From NCBI GenBank assembly GCA_032718475.1, contig JAUCBJ010008638.1, positions 26,405 to 90,404 on the forward strand: a stretch of DNA of 64,000 nucleotides, read 5' to 3'. The stretch comes from Nemertoderma westbladi. Taxonomy: Eukaryota; Animalia; Xenacoelomorpha. The notes under the pieces were generated by a model. That model did no database searches. It was not told the DNA's origin and was given only the letters and a program-made list of their open reading frames with translations. The translations under genes and the position numbers were made by a program. Of this stretch, positions 57,774-64,000 are shown one piece after another; positions within the stretch are counted from its first letter, which is position 1, and every line of letters starts with the position of its first letter.

Positions 57774-60591
57774 GGCCGGTTTGCCTTCGGTTATCACTTC
57801 TATTATCGCTAGTACCACACTTCGTTATGATTTCGTATAACGTTACTCTGTCATTTTATTCTTGTAAAAATTAGTAAATTCGGTTTCTTGTTGAAACTTG
57901 TTTGATAAATCCTTTTGTAAAACTGTAAATATACTGCAATTTCCTGACATGTTTTCTTTTGGTCCAACTTTGGGACAGCCAAACATCAGGGAGATGGCAG
58001 CCTAGATCGTTAGGCCGTAAGCAACGCAGGGAAGAGATGTCCACAACACGCTAGCGCCCACATTGGATCGACCGCGCACCCCCTTTGCCCTTCGAAATAC
58101 TCCACTTGCTATGCAGCGCCCGCTTTGTGAGAAGGTAAGACTTTGTTCGACGCCCTTGCCCGCCGTAAGACCTATAGATCAGGGTAAGCGTGACACCGTA
58201 CTGGACGCCGCAAATTTAGGATCAAATAATTATATCCAGACAACCCCCCCTTTCTTGTCAGTCCTACGAACCCCTGGGTTAACCTGTACTTCCTACAGGT
58301 GCGAACTATTGCTATTCGTCAGTACGCGAGTACACATTAGGTACGGACAGCATATGTTCCATAATTTAGTGATTCATAGTATTGACCGTTTGGTACCGGT
58401 TCGCTTTGTAGAACGTACATTAGTACCCCCCCCCCCCTGTCTGGAGTTAGCTATTTGATCAGGCAAGGAGTATTTCTGCTACCGGCACACTGCTTGGCCT
58501 AGGGAGGTTTATTAATATCCTACCGCGCCTTGCCACGTACTGATAGGTATTGCTGCTAACTACCGCAGCAACAAAGTTCTAGAATTAAATTAGTATACCA
58601 GATCAGCTAACGTACGGTAGCGATTAACCCCTATTCTCATCTTACAACCAGAATCTGGTATTAGTGCCGATCACGGGTTTAGTTACTAACACTGTGGTTG
58701 CCCATTGGGTTGTGAATAGGAAGGAGAGAGCTTTGACGTCATTCGTGAGTATAAAGTTCTACAAACGCGACTAGTTTATTTTAGTAGCTAGCGCACGGTA
58801 TCATTTAGTCAGAAAATCACTAAAACCTAGTAAAAGGAATTACCCGAAATTGTTTTATTTGTAACACACCCACACACACACGCCCTAAAACATATCGCCC
58901 TTAAAGTTCTACTAGCTATAGCGTACTATACATTACGTTAGGTGGAAATTATTTGTATTTGTAAAATTAGGATCTGATTTGATTGCGGCAAGATAAGGAG
59001 TATTTCACTTTCGTTATTAAACTGTTGTTTGTCTGGACAACGGTATTGTTACATTTAGGCCTGACCTTTTAGACTGATTTCGTACAGGGGGATCAGTTAT
59101 TGTTACATTTAGGCACGACCCTTTTTCGACTGATTCAGGACTGTCAGTGTTGTTACGCTAGGCTGTTAACCCACTAGCTCGTATATAACCCATATAAATC
59201 ACACCGCGGCAAGTTACTGTATTTAGGACTGTCAGTGATAGTTAGGATTCGCTGCGCGGGGATTGTTTTCCCGTGAGTTTGGTCTGTTACGGTAACTGTA
59301 CATCTGCCTCACCGGTTAGAGGACAGGTATCCTTCTGTCTAGTACGTAGGCATTCGACCCGCTCACGTACATAGAATAGATACAAGGCTCTGTTCCTCGC
59401 CAGTAGTCGTTTGTGTACTATATCTGTTTGTTTAGATATCCTGGACTGGGATTTGTTGTCAGATACTGTACAAGCCCGTATACATTACTAGAGTCTCATA
59501 GTAAGATACATCGTTACTAGGATCTGGTAAGCGGTATACTACTGGACCCTTACAGTAGGAAGTATTATATAAATTAGTGTATAGTATTTCTACCATAGTG
59601 TATAATATTCCTACCTAACAGTAGGAAGTATATTATACAAATTCTGAAATTAGTGTATAGTACTTCTATCGTAGTGTAAATATTCCTACCTCAGTAGGAA
59701 GTATTATTTCCTTTAGTTTAGAATTGTTAGCTATTGAAAGTAGGAGATATTTAAAATTTAAGGTTAGTAAATTTAGTAATTTAGAACGTCCCCTGCTTCA
59801 GTAGGCTTTTAGGGTAGCTAGTACTTTCGTATTTAATCTTTGACTAGCTAACAGTTAGTTTGTAGCACTTTGTTTTACGCCGTGTGTGTGCGGTGTTACT
59901 TTTCGGTACTTGAAAAGGTACATAGGGTTTAAAGACCAATTTGTATCGGTACCTAGGAAGATTTTTCGTAAGCGTAGAAGTAAAACTCTCACCTTCGACC
60001 TTTTCAGGACTCAAGGACTCATTTCTGGACCGCTTCGAGGATTAGACCGCTTTTCGCAAAGTTTGGGAGACAATAAATTCGTCCGCGCCGCCGAAAAACG
60101 GAAAGACCCACGTCCGGTTTGTATTTGGGAATTTGTACGACTGGAAGATCAAAGGAACGTAAGTTTTACGACTCGCGTCGTTTAAACTTAAGAAAGCACA
60201 GTAGTACTCAAAATTTGTGGGTTTCACTGTCTATTAGTAGTGTTGTTGGTACATATTTTCCCTTTAGACGTTGCTGTTTGGCCTATTGTTTTACTTGTTG
60301 ATCTACATTTTGTTAACGTATACCGTTATCTCACTTATTCGTACAAATTTAGCCGGTAGGCTAGATTACTACTTATTTTATTATATACCTTTGTTAGTTT
60401 ATTCGTACCGGTTAGGGTATATATATGATATATATATATATCAAGGTAAGTTTGACATTTGTACATTTCGACATTTTGACATTTCGACATTCTGACTTGT
60501 TGATTTATTTGTACCGGTTAGGTAAGTTTGACACTTCAACATTCAGACACTTTGACATTTTATTACCCGTACTTGACGTATATAATAAGAC

Positions 60592-63500
60592 ATGAGTGAC
60601 ACACCCCATTCGACGAGATACCCACCTACCGACTATGACTCGTGCGACCCGGACAGATCGACAGTAGACGAACCGAGAAGGAGAACCCGAGATTCCACCG
60701 ATGTCACACCGCTTGCGTCACCGGTACCCCGAACGGAAATACCGGAAGCCGCAACGCGTGGCGACGGCAGAATCGAAGATTTCCTTACCGTCCCGCAGAC
60801 TAGATCGCGGGAACCGGACATGGTAAGTTCGACTGGAAGCCAGGAGAACGTTATTAGAAGTATAGGAGGACACATGGCCCAGATTACTCGGAACCTCGGA
60901 GAAGGTTTTCGCGTTTTACGCGAGTTAACCGCCCCGATGTCGAGATACGAGTTCTACACCTTACAGGTAAGAATAGAACGTAGGGTACATGCCTCCGTAG
61001 ATAAACTTAAAGGTTTGCACGAACTTGCAGAGTTGCGTGGCGACAACTTTACTCAGGTAAAGATAGTAGATAAATTGGTAAGTGCGAGAGAAAGCATTAT
61101 CCAGTTTAAGTCGGTAATAAGCTTGGCTCAACAGGAGCAGTTCGACCAACTGCTAGGTGAGTCAGTTTCGGACGCGTTGTTACAACCCGAAGAGGAAGAA
61201 GAACTCTACTGCCTGGACGGAAGGTTGGAAACGCTGACCAATTTTCTTCGTAGATGCGGCGTACCGATCGACGAACCGGAAGTCGAACCGCGAGGGACGA
61301 CGGAAGTTCTCACTACGGAAGGCTCGCGAGCCTACCAACATCCACCACTGGATAGATCGTTCGTTAGCGTACGGAGCGACGTTGGCAACGTTGGCGACGT
61401 TAGTAGAACAGCGTCTGGAATTACTCGACAACAACAGGAGGTTGCACGCCGACAACAAGTCGCCGAGGAAGAAGCGCGACACCAGATGGCACAGATCGCC
61501 ATCGAAGGAGAGAAACAACGAAGAGAAGACGAGGCAAGAATTGCACAACTGAAGGCGCAAGCTGAATTCGAAGCATCAGAAATGCGCAGACTAGAGGAGG
61601 ACTTAGCGCGAGAAGCTGCAGCCGACGAGTTAGCACGTCAGAAAGCAGCATCCGACGTTCGTGCCAAGTTGGAGGCGCGGCAAATAAACGCTCGTTTAGC
61701 TATACAGGAAGCGGAATTAGCGGCACAACAACAGGACGCAGATCGACGCGAAAGGGAGATGCAACTACAGTTCGAATTAAATCGTAGATCGCGCGAGACA
61801 GCGAACGCGCAAGCGGACCTCGAACTCGACGCGAGAGATAGATCTATGAGATCGCGAACTGGACACGACTTGTCTGCCCTGGATCGTATGGAAGCTCGAT
61901 ATCGCGGAATACAGAAGCGGATCGAGGAAGGAAGCGTGGGAGCGATAGATCGAGGAGAGGAGTTCGTCGAGGATTACTGTAAACGTTTTCCCCAAGTTAT
62001 TCCTATGCTCAAACCCACGACTCCGATAAAACCGGTCTTCGTTACGAAACCTAAGGAAATAACGCCAGTGCGTTCGACGCAAGGCAACAGGTTTGTTGTG
62101 ACGGAATTACCGCAACCTAGGGCGACCTCATCGCCAATTTTAGCAGGTAACATAACTAGTCCACCTACAGTAAGTCGTAGTCTACTTGTAGGAAGAGAGG
62201 AACCTGCGTTTATGACCATTAAACAGGTGAGTAAACCATTACAAGTTAAACCTGTGACGTGCTGTGCAAATCCAGTTATTTACAGACCGACTACGAAACC
62301 CGACTATTTCACTCGACCGTTGACACAATGTTCGACGCAACCTACGACTTCGTGGAAGGCTTGCGAGCCTACCGAACTACGGAGGAGGATGGATGTGGGT
62401 AGTACCCACGGGATCGGACAACGTATAGCGAGACCTACGACTTCGTGGAAGGCTTGCGAGCCTACCGAACGACGGAGAGCCGTGGATTCTGGACCACAAC
62501 GGACGAGACCCAGGATAATACGCCGGACACGAACCCGCCAGCCACCTTATCCGGACGACAGCGATTCATCTAGTGACTCGGAGTCGACGGAACGGGAAAT
62601 ATTCCGTACTGGAGCGGCGGAAGATTGCAAACGAGAGGAACGATCGACGAACCCATACATCGACAATCCTCCACGAGAAACACCCCAACAGAAACCCACG
62701 TTGCAACCAGCGGAAGCGATCAGCACCAACAGACTCGCCGAAATAATGCGACCTGTAGCGGACCGACTAGCTCAGATAGAAGAGCGACTCGAAGCGCAAC
62801 CGTCGGATCGATCACGAACCAGCGTGGAGTTGGAACAACCTAGACAACATCGACCACCGAGGAGAGAACAGGAGACTAGACGGACTCCGACACATCGAGA
62901 GGAAGATCCCGTTAATAATTCCTACCGACGAACAACGCGCGGAAGGGAGCGACTGGACGACGCCACCGAACAGGGACGCGGACAGTTGGATTTAGTTAGC
63001 GAGATTGCGAAATTCGCGGCTAGACACGGATTACCGGCACAGCAACCGCCGAAGTTCTCTGGCAACGCGAAACACTGGCGCACACTGGTAGACTACGTAG
63101 AGTCCCAGATCGCTAAGTGTGCTTTCACCTCGACGGAGAAGTTTAACTACTTGCTCCAAGTCCTGTCTGGTGAGCCGAAACGATTAGCGGAAACCTTTAT
63201 TGGTGTTCCCGATGCCTTCGAATTGGCGTACGACCGTTTGTATTCGATTTACGGCGGTAACGTCGCCATGGCTAAATCCATCATAGAAGACCTCTGCAGA
63301 GGAGGCAACATTTCGAGACCGATCGACCTTTTACGACTCGCGGACGAAATAAAGAACGCTATAGGGACTTTACGGTCCATTGGACAACTCGAGTACGCTA
63401 ACGCACCGACGGTTCTCATTCGAATAATCGGTCGACTTCACCATCGACTACGAAGAGAATGGCGACGCATCGAGTACCAGCGCGAAGAGGCCGGAGGGTT

Positions 63501-64000
63501 ATTAAAACTCACCGATGTCTATCAACTTATTTCACGGGAGGCCGTGATCGAGACTCGATCGAACTATACCGATCACCATATCGCGGCGGAAGGGATAACT
63601 GTTTCTGCGCCGAATCGGACTAAACCATTTCCGACGAACGCGAAAGCCGTTACTTACGCCACCCCTACTGAGACTTCTAAAGTTCTGACGCCTATCGGCA
63701 CCACGCAGCCACGACAACAGTTGCCGGCGGACTTTGTGGGATGCTCATACTGCGAGCGGAACGGCAGAAACCAAAGCGGACATAAACTACGTGCATGTCG
63801 CGCTTTTAAAGAGTTAGGGATCGAGGAAAGGAGACTCCAAATCCGATCTCTAGATTCCTGTTGGAGATGTATGAAGCCAGGACACGTCCGGAAGGATTGC
63901 CCGAGCGATGATACATGTTCTTTGTGTGGACGTAACCATGACGCGTTGCTTCACACAACCAGTCATACTCCGACCAGACGCTTTCGACGAGAGCATCCAG
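60592..64000 (+). CDS. gag: Gag region of the element 2 polyprotein, open to the window end
   Basis: MSDTPHSTRYPPTDYDSCD... aligns with MSDKQDYTKNTQTDYDSCD of element 1; has PPKFSGN and knuckles CSYC, CWRCMKPGHVRKDC and CSLCGRNHDALLH. Its absence from the ORF track is consistent with no stop before 64000. Confidence 0.9.
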   Translation, partial: MSDTPHSTRYPPTDYDSCDPDRSTVDEPRRRTRDSTDVTPLASPVPRTEIPEAATRGDGRIEDFLTVPQTRSREPDMVSSTGSQENVIRSIGGHMAQITRNLGEGFRVLRELTAPMSRYEFYTLQVRIERRVHASVDKLKGLHELAELRGDNFTQVKIVDKLVSARESIIQFKSVISLAQQEQFDQLLGESVSDALLQPEEEEELYCLDGRLETLTNFLRRCGVPIDEPEVEPRGTTEVLTTEGSRAYQHPPLDRSFVSVRSDVGNVGDVSRTASGITRQQQEVARRQQVAEEEARHQMAQIAIEGEKQRREDEARIAQLKAQAEFEASEMRRLEEDLAREAAADELARQKAASDVRAKLEARQINARLAIQEAELAAQQQDADRREREMQLQFELNRRSRETANAQADLELDARDRSMRSRTGHDLSALDRMEARYRGIQKRIEEGSVGAIDRGEEFVEDYCKRFPQVIPMLKPTTPIKPVFVTKPKEITPVRSTQGNRFVVTELPQPRATSSPILAGNITSPPTVSRSLLVGREEPAFMTIKQVSKPLQVKPVTCCANPVIYRPTTKPDYFTRPLTQCSTQPTTSWKACEPTELRRRMDVGSTHGIGQRIARPTTSWKACEPTERRRAVDSGPQRTRPRIIRRTRTRQPPYPDDSDSSSDSESTEREIFRTGAAEDCKREERSTNPYIDNPPRETPQQKPTLQPAEAISTNRLAEIMRPVADRLAQIEERLEAQPSDRSRTSVELEQPRQHRPPRREQETRRTPTHREEDPVNNSYRRTTRGRERLDDATEQGRGQLDLVSEIAKFAARHGLPAQQPPKFSGNAKHWRTLVDYVESQIAKCAFTSTEKFNYLLQVLSGEPKRLAETFIGVPDAFELAYDRLYSIYGGNVAMAKSIIEDLCRGGNISRPIDLLRLADEIKNAIGTLRSIGQLEYANAPTVLIRIIGRLHHRLRREWRRIEYQREEAGGLLKLTDVYQLISREAVIETRSNYTDHHIAAEGITVSAPNRTKPFPTNAKAVTYATPTETSKVLTPIGTTQPRQQLPADFVGCSYCERNGRNQSGHKLRACRAFKELGIEERRLQIRSLDSCWRCMKPGHVRKDCPSDDTCSLCGRNHDALLHTTSHTPTRRFRREHP

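Larger units (their letters stand above)
57269..59554 (+). repeat. Inferred 5' LTR of element 2 (TG...CA, ~2.3 kb)
   Basis: TGATGAATTAT aligns with element 1's TATAGAATTAT; ends TTACA just before GTAGGAA. The second LTR is outside the window, so both ends are inferred (alternative 3' ends at 59620 or 59693). Confidence 0.6.
57269..64000 (+). mobile_element. Sister BEL/Pao LTR retrotransposon (element 2), 5' part, truncated by the window end
   Basis: LTR motifs, leader and Gag are collinear with element 1 in the opposite orientation. Confidence 0.92.

Noticed and set aside
58275-58304. Splice-site-like TTCCTACAG|GT as the mechanism that generates the primer end
   Set aside because: Element 1 has TTCCTACGG at the same position, so the signal is not conserved.

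Overview
AT-rich animal (probably marine invertebrate) genomic DNA dominated by transposable elements; there are no prokaryotic-type features. The host content is the 3' part of a + strand multi-exon gene (four phase-1 EGF/cbEGF exons plus two phase-compatible exons encoding an unrecognised Cys-containing tail, 4440-22404) and an intronless type II membrane fibrinogen-domain gene (48073-49380). The EGF gene's introns hold two TSD-flanked CRE-clade non-LTR retrotransposons, each with a different in-frame Ser/Thr/Pro minisatellite at the same place inside the RT core, plus SINEs, a solo LTR, a hAT derivative and minisatellites. The centre is a 17.5-kb BEL/Pao LTR retrotransposon (23924-41401, minus strand, 1.86-kb near-identical LTRs, ATAGC TSD). 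It is nested in an older LTR and interrupted by a solo LTR. A diverged sister BEL/Pao element starts near 57269 and runs off the window. Comparing the two BEL elements gives the main candidate novelty. Neither has a TGG tRNA primer-binding site. Instead, the 10-11 nt directly after the 5' LTR are complementary, with compensatory changes between the two elements, to a positionally homologous site inside their own LTR, which suggests tRNA-independent self-priming in BEL/Pao. Both LTRs also carry a tRNA-like Pol III module ahead of a CCAAT x3/TATA promoter. Both elements share leader splice signals and a dispersed palindromic motif. The complete copy also has TA...TA termini and an extra zinc-knuckle ORF in the env position. 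An intact hATm-type transposon, a Helentron-like element, pogo/Tc1-like derivatives and LINE remnants fill the rest. Everything was read by eye; no searches were run.
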